The position numbers were made by a program, and so were the translations under genes. Below are positions 26,893-37,996 of a DNA stretch of 64,000 nucleotides, piece after piece. The stretch lies in NCBI RefSeq assembly GCF_035084215.1, contig NC_090363.1, positions 5,022,001 to 5,086,000 of the forward strand. Reading direction: 5' to 3'. Source of the stretch: Heptranchias perlo (taxonomy: Eukaryota). The notes beneath the pieces were generated by a model. That model saw only the letters and a list, made by a program, of their open reading frames with translations. It searched no databases and had not been told where the DNA came from. Numbering within the stretch: the stretch's first letter is position 1; each line of letters opens with the position of its first letter.

Positions 26893-27510
26893 CTACCTCC
26901 TCTTCGGGGCCTGTCGTTTACGCCCCACGGCCCGAGGTGCTGCGGGCCGCTTGGGTGCTTTTTTCGCCTTGGCAGTTCTCCCCTTCTGGGGGCTCTTGGC
27001 CGCCGACTTCTTGGCAGCTTTTGGTCTCTTGATGCTTTTATGAGGTTTGGCCTCCGTCGCCGCCGTTGTTGTTCTCTTGGGGGCCGGTTTCCTGCCCCGT
27101 CGTTTCTTCTTGGGTTCCCCTTCAGCCTCCTGAGGTTTACTGATCTGGAGGGAGCCCGGACCGCCGTTGGACCCACCGCCGCCCTGCACCAAGGAGCCTT
27201 TATTGATTAGAGTTTTAACGGACTGGACGGGCCGAGCGCCGCCGCTCTTCTCCATCTCGTAGCCCGAGGCCGAGATGGTCTTCTTCATGGTGGCCAAGGT
27301 GGCGGGAGCCTGGCGCTCCTTCGTGGCGGCCACCGCCTCCAGGATCTGCTCGGCCACCGCGGAGGGGGTTTTCTGCGGCCGGTAAGCGCTCTTCTTCTTG
27401 GTGGCTCCCGGGACCGCTGCCGGGCCGGTAGGAGCTGCGGGAGCCGCAGGTGCGAGAGCGGCGGCAACAGCGGGCAGATCCGTCTTGGCAGGAACAGTAA
27501 TGTCAGCCAT
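26893..27510 (-). CDS. H1: Linker histone H1-like A (205 aa) with degenerate globular domain
   Basis: ATG 27510 gives MADITVPAK...VAEQILEAVAATKER...KKTISASGYEMEK...VKTLINKGSLVQ plus a K/R/A/P tail. TATA 27563-27570, H1 box AAACACA 27643-27649, stem-loop. Confidence 0.88.
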   Translation of the reverse strand: MADITVPAKTDLPAVAAALAPAAPAAPTGPAAVPGATKKKSAYRPQKTPSAVAEQILEAVAATKERQAPATLATMKKTISASGYEMEKSGGARPVQSVKTLINKGSLVQGGGGSNGGPGSLQISKPQEAEGEPKKKRRGRKPAPKRTTTAATEAKPHKSIKRPKAAKKSAAKSPQKGRTAKAKKAPKRPAAPRAVGRKRQAPKRR

Positions 27511-28429
27511 CGGTAACACGACGTCGCCACAAAGATTATGGAGTAAGAGCGGCAGCGGCGGCTTTATAAAGGCGCAAGGCGGACGAGGTAGAGTCAACCT
27601 GCCGCCCAGCCGCGCCCTGTGCACCCCCTGCCCTCTGCACTTTGTGTTTCTCTCTCTTACAAAACGGGCGAATTTTCTTCGAAGCCAGATACCCTGAGAT
27701 TATACACGTGCATCATTCTGACGGGAACAGCACCTGCTTTGATATCAAACCGATTGGCGTCAAATGAAGCTAAATGGAAGTTTGCTATCTTCCACAGCAG
27801 CTGATCTGAGCTCGTGAAACCAGCAAGGATTATAAACTTTATTTATTCGTTTGTAACATTCCCGGATTATATCTAACACCGTGCTTGCAATTACCACTCC
27901 GATCCCTGCGGAATTGATGCAGTTAACATATCCGAGAGAGTGCGTTTTCTTATTCGAATTATGAACTTTTAAATGTCTTGCTAACTCCTGGCACAATAAC
28001 ACAATTTGGGCTCGTCGTTAACAGATTGAAAGTAAACTCGCCATTATACCATTAAAATCAAATGTGTCGGACGAATGATATCCAGTGCTCCTTGTTCACT
28101 CCTCCTCAAAACTCTTTACAGTTTTTCTAACCGAAAATAATATTTTTAAAAATGGGATTCTCATGTCCCAAGATTTTCAACTGAATTACGTTGAATACAT
28201 CAAATCTTGAATATTTCTTGAAAGGAATAGTTAGGAATCTTAAACCACTCTGTTTTGAGCTTTGGATAAATTGTGATTCACTTTCGAATATTAATCATCC
28301 ATCTCAGAACATTTAAGTTAAACATATTTGTTTTGAAAATTTGTATTTTTCCTACCATCACAATTATTCATAGTGAAATCTGAATTTATAAGGACATGCT
28401 CAGAAGTTGCTTGTGTTTATAAAACGTAG

Positions 28430-28810
28430 GTGTCAGCTTGGGTCAGTAGTGGCACTTTGGCATCTGAGTCAGAAGGTCAAGTGCCACTCCAGATATTTAA
28501 GCACATAATCCAGGCTGAGACCTCAGTACAGTACTGAGGGAGTGCTGCACTGTCGGAGGCGCTGTCTTTCAGATGAAACTTTAAAACGAAGCTCAGCCCA
28601 CCCTCTCGGGTGCAGGTAAATAATCCCGCAGAACTGTTTGACAAAGAGTAGCAGAGTCCTCCCCGTGGCCTGGCCATCAATTATCCCTCAACCAATACCA
28701 CTAAAACAGGTTATCTGGTCATTCGGTACATTGCTGTTTGTAGGACTTTGCTGGGGGCAAATTGGCTGCCAGGTTTCCCTCCTTACAACAGTAATGACTA
28801 CATTTAAAAA
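28430..28810 (+). mobile_element. tRNA-derived SINE (same family as 4287-4761)
   Basis: TGTCAGCTTGGGTCAGTAG...TCTGAGTCAGAAGG...CTGAGGGAGTGCTGCACTGTCGGAGG. Confidence 0.75.
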
Positions 28811-29389
28811 TAATAATAATAGGCTAATAGGCATTTTCCTGTATTTGATGTGCTCAGGCGAACCAATAGTCGCAGGCACAGGAACAGGAAAATTGCCCTG
28901 ATGTTTTTGTGCTGGGGCATGTGTGCTGAAGAGAGCTCATGTGATAGTCCAACTTGCTGCTCATCCCTAGTGGCAGATGCTTCCCCTTGTCAACACCCTG
29001 TACAAAGACTTAACATGGAGTATGCAGCAAATGGCTGTGCACACAGTAACAAGGCCAAGTGGTTCGAGATGGTCCACCATCACCTTCACATGGCAATTAG
29101 AGATGAACAATAACTGCAGACTTGCCAGTGTCGTCCACATCCCGAGAACAAATTTAAAAATTACAACCCGTGCTCATCTCACAATGTCAAAACAACAAAG
29201 ATACTCCTCCTCAGCTAGCCTTCAACATGAGATTGATGCTTGATAAACAATTGCTCACTTCTTATGTGGCGATATGGTATAACAGAGTGCTCTGATTAGC
29301 CCTGTATCACTGCAAGATTCAGATTCATTTACGAACTGGATAAAAATATAAACCCACAACTAGCAGCACCTAGCTACAGAGCTGGCTCA

Positions 29390-29715
29390 ATTTTATAATC
29401 CTCATCCTTGTTTTCAAATCCCTCCATTCCCTCTCCCCCTCTCTATTTCTGTAACTTCCTCTAGCCCTACGACCCTCCGAGATCTCCGCGTTCCTCCAAT
29501 TCTGGCCTCTTGCGTATCCCCGGTTTCCATCGCTCCACCATTGGAGGCCCCTAAGCTCCATAATTCCCTCCCTAAACCCCTCTACCTCTCCTCCTTTAAG
29601 ACACTGTGTCTTTCACGTGGCTCAGTTTTAAACTTTTCTTGATAATGCTCCTGTGAAGCGCCTTGGGACGTTTTACTACGTTAAAGATGCTATATAAATG
29701 CAAGTTGTTGTTGTC
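29390..29715 (+). mobile_element. L2 LINE 3' end
   Basis: CTCATCCTTGTTTTCAAATCCCTCCAT...CTCCAATTCTGGCCTCTTG...GCTATATAAATGCAAGTTGTTG. Similar copies occur at ~39015, 44140, 44710 (minus), 45850, 47940 and 48700. Confidence 0.7.
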
Positions 29716-29949
29716 TGTCAAAGTATCTGCAGAGAATCCTGCTCCTCTTGCTAACCAGATATGAGCTTTCAAGTCAAACGAAGCAATTAATTAAAATTCA
29801 ATGGAAACATAAATCGTGCGGTTTCTATAACGGTTGGCTGATCAGCAACACCAGTTATACGCCCGGACCATGAGTTCAAAATCTATGCCATCATCTAGTG
29901 AAGTCATACTTTGACCTTGTTGATCAGGATGAATTGGTAGATCATCATT

Positions 29950-30320
29950 TAAGTGTAAGTTCAAGCATCACTCCAGAGATTTGATATGATCCAGGCTGAC
30001 ACTTCAGTGCAGTACTGAGGGAGTGCTGCACCGTCAGAGGTACTGTGTTTGGGATGGGACGTTAAACCGAGGCCTCATCTGCCCTCCCAGGTGGACATAA
30101 AAGATCCCCTGGCACTATTTGCAGAAGAGCCAGTGTCCTGGCCAATATTTATCCCTCAACCAACACCTAAAAACAGATTAGCTGGTCATTATCACATTGC
30201 TGCTTGAGGGACCTTGCTGTGTGCAAATTGGCTGCCGTGTATCCTACATTAAGCGACTTCACTTTGAAAAGTACTTTGGGCCGTCCTGCAGTTGAGAAAT
30301 TTTAAGTCTTTCTTTCTTTC
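29950..30320 (+). mobile_element. tRNA-derived SINE abutting the H2A pseudogene
   Basis: CCAGGCTGACACTTCAGTGCAGTACTGAGGGAGTGCTGCAC core, ending in a TCTT tail at 30320. Confidence 0.75.
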
Positions 30321-30322
30321 AT

Positions 30323-30652
<330 letters not shown>

Positions 30653-31316
30653 ATCCTCTCTCCTCCTTTAAAGAGCTACCTCCTAATTTTCATTCCCAAT
30701 TGAGGTCATTGAATGGGCTGTTATAACAACCCACCTTGACCTCATATTATGAGTAGAGCCCAAGTGTTAGTGGTCTGAAGATGGTGAACGGCTTCTGGGG
30801 CGGTCGAAGCTCCTATCCCAGACTCTGAAGAGGAAAACCCGGGATCAATGGGGTCGATGTCCCGATTGCGCCGCTGGAGAGCGAGGCTCCACGATGTTGC
30901 TTGAATCGAGCTCCCATTTATACGAAGCGACTCAAAACCAAACGGGGGGTAGAAATTAATCTTGGGCAGTTGTGCAAAATGGGCGGAATCACCTGTTATT
31001 CAATTCTATTGAGGAGGGAGGGATAATTTTAACCTAACCCCGCCTGGTGGGAACAGACGGTTCGGGTAGGACTCTCGTTTTCCATCGCATCCGATATTAC
31101 TCCTTTGACTTCTTGCGGTGAAGGTTCGCTTTTACCCCCGGGATCAGCCGTCTGTTTTGCATATTGCTCGATTTTCATCTGCATTGAAATCAGTGCGAAT
31201 GAAAATCAGGCAGAGTGTAAAACAAGCCGCCGATCTGCATCCCCCCCTCCCGGTGTTTAAAGTGTTCAGCCAAACCCCCTAATGGAGCACAAAATCGGAC
31301 GGGTGTAAATTGGGCG

Positions 31317-31916
31317 TTGAGCTGAAGCTGGGCGGGTTAGGTTAAAATCGGGACTGAAATTGGTTTCACTCCCCCCGTAGCTAGAGCGGTCTTGCTAGTA
31401 CCCTCGGTAGCCTTCTGTTTACCAGGAACTTTTACTTCAATTGATTTGTGGGCAGTTTGCTTGATTCCTGTTATCTTCTGACAACTGCCACCAACCCACA
31501 TCTGTCCAGTTGTGGTTTTATATGACATAACCGTTTGTTTCAAGGTTGGGCGCTAACGCAGTATTGAATGCAATTGGAGTGCTTTTCAATTCCCCTTCTG
31601 AAGTACCGAATTTGCCGTCCCTCCTTTATAGTGTCCGTTTTATTGAAACTGCAGTGCGATCATTTTTCCTCTGAACTTTCCTTTCCTGATCCTCGTTGAT
31701 GGTTCTCTAATTCCTCATGGAAATCAAGGCACATCCCACGGTTTCCTACTCAAGCATGTCATGCTTTCGCAATACTGGACCATTGGAGAATGGCCTGGAT
31801 ATTCAGGGCTCGCTGAAAACAGACACCAGTGAACGTTACATCAAGAACGTTAACGGGGGGGAAGTGAAACCAATTTCAGTCCCGATTTTAACCTAACCCG
31901 CCCAGCTTCAGCTCAA
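31317..31916. repeat. ~60-bp inverted repeat (31317-31378 / 31853-31916)
   Basis: TTGAGCTGAAGCTGGGCGGGTTAGGTTAAAATCGGGACTGAAATTGGTTTCACT and its exact reverse complement. Confidence 0.9.
31361..31474 (-). pseudogene. Decayed H3 5' fragment (N-terminal tail only)
   Basis: ITGIKQTAHKSIEVKVPGKQKATEGTSKTALATGGVKP aligns without gaps to [37 protein letters not shown]. Upstream TATAAAACCACA resembles the H3 promoter TATAAAAATCACA. Confidence 0.75.
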
Positions 31917-34488
31917 GGACCGTTGACTAGGACCATTTTTTGTTACGATTTCTCACAAACGCGAGTCCAGAATAGCCTAAGACCGCCGATCATTTCCTTT
32001 CCAGAAGAGTTGTTACAGTAAACAGCTTCGGTAAATAACTCAAATTGTATCAAGTAGCTCGGGGCTGCAAGGAAAGCTCTTACTGCTGACTAAACATAGA
32101 AGCCAGAAGGAGGCCATTTGGCCCATTGTGCATCTGCTGGCTCTCTGAAAGAACTATCCAATTAGTCCAACGCCCCTACTCTTTCCCCATAGCACCGCAA
32201 TGTTTTTCCTCTTTAAGTATATTTCCAATTCCCTTTTGGAAGTTACTATCTGCTTTCAGGCAGTGCATTCCAGATCATAACAACTGGAATCTCTATGATC
32301 TTCTGCTCGCGGGCTGCTGAATAATGAATTTGCTCTCCAGACTCTTCAGCAAGCCAGACACAAAGCAGGTTGGAAAATTCAATCTACAATATTATTACTG
32401 AGCGGCCCGACTGCATCATATGATGAGATTTGACCTCTAAGGCTGAACAATTTGACATGGTGGTCGACAGGACAGCAGGCTTGTGCACTGTACACAGATA
32501 GACTATTCCTAGAGGAATATTAAAAGCTGCAGCGGCGAGCGCTGAGTATCCGGAAAAGTGCTTGTGAATGTGAGATTCCAACAGGCGCTTCTTCGAACTT
32601 GATGTCTTCCCTTATCGTTGACACAGTCATCCCTGCAACAACAACTTTGGGGAAAGCGATGTATTAGCACAGGTTCAACAACTTCTAAAAATAAATTTGT
32701 AACCATGCCCGGAAGAAGGTCGAGGTTTCCCGTGTCCGCAATTGCGGGTCCGCAATTTTCCTCTAGTCGTCGCAAATGGTACAAAAATGTCGAGCCAGCG
32801 AGCGCAGAAACGAAAAATCCAGGTTAAACTTTAGGGAACAAAATCTTTAGAGTGATTGGGTAACTTCTGTAGAATTACTTTCAGTACTAGATCAGAATGA
32901 TTAAATTGTATTTTTTTAAAAAGGAATGTATTTTAAAATCAAAATCGGTGGATGACAAACTTTAAACATAGATTGCGTCCCATTTGAACATTACGTTTAC
33001 TATTGAATTCTCCGTGGACTGTGATGCCCTGTCTCTGGTTCAGTGATAAATTGGTTGAAGAAATGTAAAGAGATTTCTCAGATCAATAATGTATATGTAG
33101 TGAAATAATTATGGAATAAATCGACCCAGTTCATTGGCGAAATAACTTATGGATTGGACGGTGCTTATCATGAGACGGAACACCCACAACTGCGATTGAG
33201 TGATTACAACCATCAATTGACCACTATTCATTGAAAAGTTAAAAAGAGCACAATTATTTTCATTCCGATGCTCATATCTAGTATATTATTTTCTCCGGGA
33301 TCCATTTATTCCTGATTTGGTGAATTGGCTGCGACCTCAAGCCTTGGAATGTATTGTAGCGCATCTTTAATATTTAAAAAATACGAATAGCAACTGATGT
33401 ACAAAATATTTATTTTACATCGGCACCATAATCATTTAACTTGAAAGCATTCATTCTTAGAGAGAATCTCCCTAATAAATTCAAATTTTATTAGTTAAAT
33501 TAGAAATCTTCTTTAGACCCTCAATCCCAACCTATCCTGAGAAAGATCAAATATCTGTTATGTAAAGCTCGCTAATAAGCATTGAGTAATTGGTGGTACA
33601 ATGACATGCACATGAGTTGCATTATAAAGTTTTTTTGTAAACTGGGCTGAGTTTCAAATCAGATTGGTTGGTTGTCCATTGGAATTACACCCTGATCAGG
33701 TCATAGTATGGGGCGTTGTGGGCTCGAACGTCTCCTCTCAAACTCTCATTGCTCACTTGTCCGATACACTAGCAATAGATATAAGCACATTTGGTACAGG
33801 TGATGTAGCCTATAACTTCCCACGGACATCTGAATGAGTGGTTTGTGTAAACAATAGCTGACATTTGTGTCTATAACGGAAATAACTCACGTCAATTCTG
33901 AAAAAAAATTAAATTAAAAAAACGAATGTCATTGAATAGTATTGTAAACGAATTAAGTTAAAGATTTTTGGGAGTACTCGGTATTTTTCCAGCAAATCAG
34001 GAAAAAAGTTCCAATACAAGTACATTTCAAAATACTACATCCCATTCTTGGAATCAAAAACCCTATTGCAGGTATTTATTAACGCAAGCGATCCCATTGG
34101 CTTAATCGAACTTGATGGTGTGTAGTCCCCGTTTCTGAATGACTTGTGTTACTGTAGCCACATTTATGGAATCATTTAAGAGCAACGTAAACTGTAAAAT
34201 CACGGATTCTTTTTAAAACTTTTAACTTAGCAACTCTGCTTTGAAGGAGATTTTTAATTTTCAACTAAACCTCAAAGTTTATTAGTTATTTCTAAGGAGG
34301 AAAGGATAAAACCCGAAAATGCGCCGCCGATTTTTGCACCACGATGCACATCAGGGCGTGTTTTAAAGATCCTTGGCGCGCAACGCCACGGCTATTGGAA
34401 ATTTTGCAGCGGGTGCGTTGGAATGGCCCGGGTTTAGGAGGTCGTGTCGGGCGGGTTTCGCAGGAATAAGGGGATTAGTAAAAGGGAG

Positions 34489-34573
34489 AAACACAAAAGG
34501 AGAAAGGGAGGCTGAGGGGGAGAGGAGGCGGGCGGCGGGTTGGTTCCAGTCCGTCCGCCTTTGATCTATAAAA
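34489..34573 (+). promoter_or_regulatory. H1 promoter: H1 box, GC box, GTCCG element, TATA
   Basis: AAACACA 34489, GGGCGG ~34530, GTCCG 34553, TATAAAA 34567. Confidence 0.8.
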
Positions 34574-34687
34574 GCGGCTCCTCCGCGGTCGCTGCCCTTT
34601 AGTCTCAGCCGCGTTTGGTGCGAGACTGGGACAGGGAGAGAGAGAGAGAAAGAACTGCCCCGGGGGCCCGGCAACCCCGAGCTGACC

Positions 34688-35464
34688 ATGGCGGATAGCG
34701 ACCCAAAGGCAGACGATGCCGGAGATTCGGGTGTCGACAAGGCGATGGCCAAGAAGAAGAGGAAGCAGCAGCGGGCCCTTCAGAGCCGCAAGAAGACGGG
34801 CCCCACCGTAGCCGAGCGGATCCTGCAGGTGGCGGCGGCCGCCACGGAGCGGCGCGGCATCTCGCTGGCCGCCCTCAAGAAGGCTCTGTCCGGCAGGGGC
34901 TACGACGTGTCCCGCAACAACACCCGCGTCAACCGGACCGTCAGGCAGCTGGTGAAGAAGGGCTCGCTGGTACAGACCGCGGGCATCGGGGCGTCGGGCT
35001 CCTTCAAGTTCAACAAGTCCAAGACCCACCCGGACCCCGCGATGGTGGCGGCGGCAGCGGCGGCGTCGATCAAAGAAGAGGCCGCCAAGAAGAAATCTTC
35101 AGCTAAGAAACCCACCCCGGCGTCCTCCAAGAAATCGTCCCAGACCAAGACCTCAGCTGCCAAGAAGAGCCACACTGCCAAGCGCAAGGTGGCGAAGCCC
35201 AGGAACGCGGCGCAAACCCGCCGCAAGCCGAAATTCGCCGCAGGGAGAGCCGCGCCCAGGACCGTCCGCGTCCATCTCAAGCCCAAATCCGCCAAGGGCA
35301 GGGCGGTGTGGGATTATCAGAAATACAAGCCCGCAAGAGGCAAGAAGGCGGCCAACACCTACCGCAGGCGATCGCCAGCCACCAAACCAAAGCGGCCGGT
35401 GGGGCGCCCCCGGAAAGTCCCGATTGTCCGGAAGTATAGGGGAAACTATTGTCGGCAAAAATAA
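34688..35464 (+). CDS. H1: Linker histone H1-like B (258 aa), long Arg-rich tail
   Basis: Globular domain GPTVAERILQVAAAATERRGISLAALKKALSGRGYDVSRNNTRVNRTVRQLVKKGSLVQTAGIGASGSFKFNK. Stem-loop downstream. Confidence 0.95.
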   Translation: MADSDPKADDAGDSGVDKAMAKKKRKQQRALQSRKKTGPTVAERILQVAAAATERRGISLAALKKALSGRGYDVSRNNTRVNRTVRQLVKKGSLVQTAGIGASGSFKFNKSKTHPDPAMVAAAAAASIKEEAAKKKSSAKKPTPASSKKSSQTKTSAAKKSHTAKRKVAKPRNAAQTRRKPKFAAGRAAPRTVRVHLKPKSAKGRAVWDYQKYKPARGKKAANTYRRRSPATKPKRPVGRPRKVPIVRKYRGNYCRQK

Positions 35465-35491
35465 AACTCTCAAAATTTATCTGAACACAAC

Positions 35492-35507
35492 GGCTCTTTT
35501 AAGAGCC
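35492..35507 (+). terminator. Histone 3' stem-loop of H1-like B
   Basis: ACAAC-GGCTCTTTTAAGAGCC-ACGGA. Confidence 0.95.
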
Positions 35508-36231
35508 ACGGATTTTAGCAAATTTGAGCTAAACTAGTTACCACTGTGCCAGTTTTTTTTTACATAGCTTGCTGCAGTTGAAAAGAGATAGATGTGTAAT
35601 TTTTCCACAATATAAAGGGAGGGGATACGAAATTCACTCATTGCAGCAAATTTCCCTTTCGGAAGGTTCAGTGAGTCTTCGATGGTTGGGAGCAAAGGAA
35701 AGTTATCCAAGTCCCAAACAGATCCGGAGAGCAAGAAAGACCAGTGACAATTAGCTGCCAACTGTCAAGGGCACATCCATCGAGCCTTCTGCACACCAGT
35801 GTGCAAAAGGCCACCAAGGTCGAGAAAAAAGGCAGGAAAGAAAAGCAAGAGATAATTGATTAGCCGGTGCCAGGCTTTGTTCTTAAAAGCTTCTTTATTG
35901 TAAAGGGAAGAGTGTAACTCGGGAGAGGCAGGGAGTTCTGAGAACGAATGTGTTGTATTAGGAAACAGGCTTGATCAACTCCCAAATTAGATATCTGAAA
36001 AGACAATTGTCACTCCAGTGTAGGGCACGGTTTGAAACAAAAACACTAATTGCCCTTTCAGTCATTTGAGGAGATGAGATGACCCCGGATCCTTTGAGCT
36101 GGGGGAGACCTTTGGGCTGCTTTGGCTCTGTAACGTCCGGCCCACTCGGTTAAATAGCTCCGGCTGACGGAAACCCTTCATTTCCCCTACAGTATCCGTG
36201 AAAGATTCGAGGGACAAGTCCCAACCCAGCC

Positions 36232-36894
36232 ATGACCGACACTCTGTCTGCCAAAAGCCCCAGGAAGAGGACCAAGGCTTCCCACTCCGCCAGAAGAACC
36301 GGCACCACCGTGTCCGAGCAGATCATGGAGGCGGTGGCGACCACCAAGGAGCGCCGCGGGCTCTCGCTGTCGGCTCTCAAGAAGATCCTCTCGGGCGGCG
36401 GCTACGACGTGGCCCGAAACAACTGGCGGGTCAACCAGGCGGTCAGGAGCCTGGTGAGTAAAGGCTCACTGATGCAGACCGCGGGCACGGGCGCCTCGGG
36501 TTCCTTCAAAGTCAGCAAGACCCAGAAGGACAAGGCGATCAGGACGGAGGAGAAGCCGAAGACGGAGTCCACCGGCACCAGGAGAAGGAGGAAAGGTTTG
36601 GCCAAGAGACCCGCCGCCGCCAAGAAGCCCAAAAAGCCCAAGAAGAGAGGGGCTCCCAAGAAGACCAAGAAACACGGCGCTTCCAGGAAGGTGGCGAGGG
36701 GGACTCGCAAGGAGAAAATCACCAAGGGGAGGAAGCCGGTGAGGAGTGGCCGAAAAGGGAAACACACAAAGCCGAGAAAGTTGGCCAAACACCCGGAGAA
36801 GGTGGAGGAGGCGGACAAGCCTCCCGCTCATAAGGAAACCTCCGTGTCTCACAAAGAAAGCCAAGATTGCTCAGAGCAACGGGGCAGCACCTGA
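36232..36894 (+). CDS. H1: Linker histone H1-like C (220 aa)
   Basis: [70 protein letters not shown]. Stem-loop downstream. Confidence 0.95.
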   Translation: MTDTLSAKSPRKRTKASHSARRTGTTVSEQIMEAVATTKERRGLSLSALKKILSGGGYDVARNNWRVNQAVRSLVSKGSLMQTAGTGASGSFKVSKTQKDKAIRTEEKPKTESTGTRRRRKGLAKRPAAAKKPKKPKKRGAPKKTKKHGASRKVARGTRKEKITKGRKPVRSGRKGKHTKPRKLAKHPEKVEEADKPPAHKETSVSHKESQDCSEQRGST

Positions 36895-36937
36895 GCGGAG
36901 GCGAAGCACCCTGAATGCTTTATTTTAAAAAAACAAC

Positions 36938-36953
36938 GGCTCTTTTCAGAGCC
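36938..36953 (+). terminator. Histone 3' stem-loop of H1-like C
   Basis: ACAAC-GGCTCTTTTCAGAGCC-ACAAG, then the AAAGAG HDE. Confidence 0.95.
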
Positions 36954-37479
36954 ACAAGACAATCAGCAAAGAGCCGAACTAGTCGTAAAGGCCTTTCTTA
37001 AAATAGAGTTTGGAATTGAAAAAATAAAGGGTGGGAAAATACTTGCGCCTATACAACACATCAAGCAGCATTCGAAAGGCAGAACGCTGCGTAAATATTT
37101 ATGGTGAGGTCCTTCCTCCGCGCCTATCAGGTAGTCTCCAAAGCCGCTGTACATTGCCAGCATTTTTTAAAAAGATATTGTTTTATAGGAACTAAGTTAA
37201 AATGTAAGATGAGCCGGGAAGCTGCACGTTTGGGATCTGGAAATTGGCACATTTCACAAGTAGGCAAGTTGCAACAGGACGAAGCACGGGATTGGCAGGA
37301 GATTATGACCCCCGCGGCGGTGGTTTCCATCGTGTCCGCTTTGTGCCTTTAAATAGGAGCGACGGCGGCTGTTGCATCTTTTTTTTGACGGGGGGCGGGT
37401 CTGGAAATAATAGTTAACATCCATCCTTAAATTGGGTGGCACAGGTGGTGCAATTCAACCGTTCGAACCCACGCCCAAG

Positions 37480-37965
37480 ATGCCCACACTTGGCGTTAAC
37501 GCCGACCAGCAGAAAAAGAAGAAGAAGCGCCAGCACCGACCTTACCAGAGGAAGAAAGAGCTGCGGATCTCCCAGCTCATCCTCGAGGCACTGTCGGCCC
37601 GCAAGCAGCGCGGCGGCCTCTCGCTCGCCTCCCTCAGGAAGGCGCTGCTGGCCAACGGCTACGACGTGGAGAAGAACAAGGCCCGCGTCCAGCTGGCCGT
37701 CAAGAGCTTGGTGAGCAACGGCTCGCTGGTGCAGACCAAAGGTAAAGGCGCCACGGACTCCTTCATGCTCAGCAGGAGGGAGCAACAACAGCAGAAGGAA
37801 TCCGGGGCCGGGATCAAGGCCAAGAAGGAAACCAATAAGATCAAAGGGAGGACCAGAAACGCCGGCAAGAAACCCAGGGTGAAGCGAACTGCGAAGAAGG
37901 CAACTTCCAGAAAAACTAAATTGAAAAAATCTAAGAAAGTTAAAAGGAAAAGAAAGACAGTTTAA
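37480..37965 (+). CDS. H1: Linker histone H1-like D (161 aa, short)
   Basis: First ATG after TTTAAATA (37348) is at 37480. [68 protein letters not shown]. Confidence 0.93.
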   Translation: MPTLGVNADQQKKKKKRQHRPYQRKKELRISQLILEALSARKQRGGLSLASLRKALLANGYDVEKNKARVQLAVKSLVSNGSLVQTKGKGATDSFMLSRREQQQQKESGAGIKAKKETNKIKGRTRNAGKKPRVKRTAKKATSRKTKLKKSKKVKRKRKTV

Positions 37966-37980
37966 AGCTCTGAACAAAAA

Positions 37981-37996
37981 GGCTCTTTTCAGAGCC
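37981..37996 (+). terminator. Histone 3' stem-loop of H1-like D
   Basis: AAAAA-GGCTCTTTTCAGAGCC-ACAGT. Confidence 0.95.

Noticed and set aside
30770-30925. CpG-rich patch with minus-strand TATAAAT, possible further gene relic
   Set aside because: No histone-like translation in any frame I could read, and no valid stem-loop.
32705-32827. MPGRRSRFPVSAIAGPQFSSSRRK, faintly like the H2A N-terminus (AGLQF)
   Set aside because: Only a few residues match, partly produced by a local GTCCGCAATT duplication; no histone fold or stem-loop follows.
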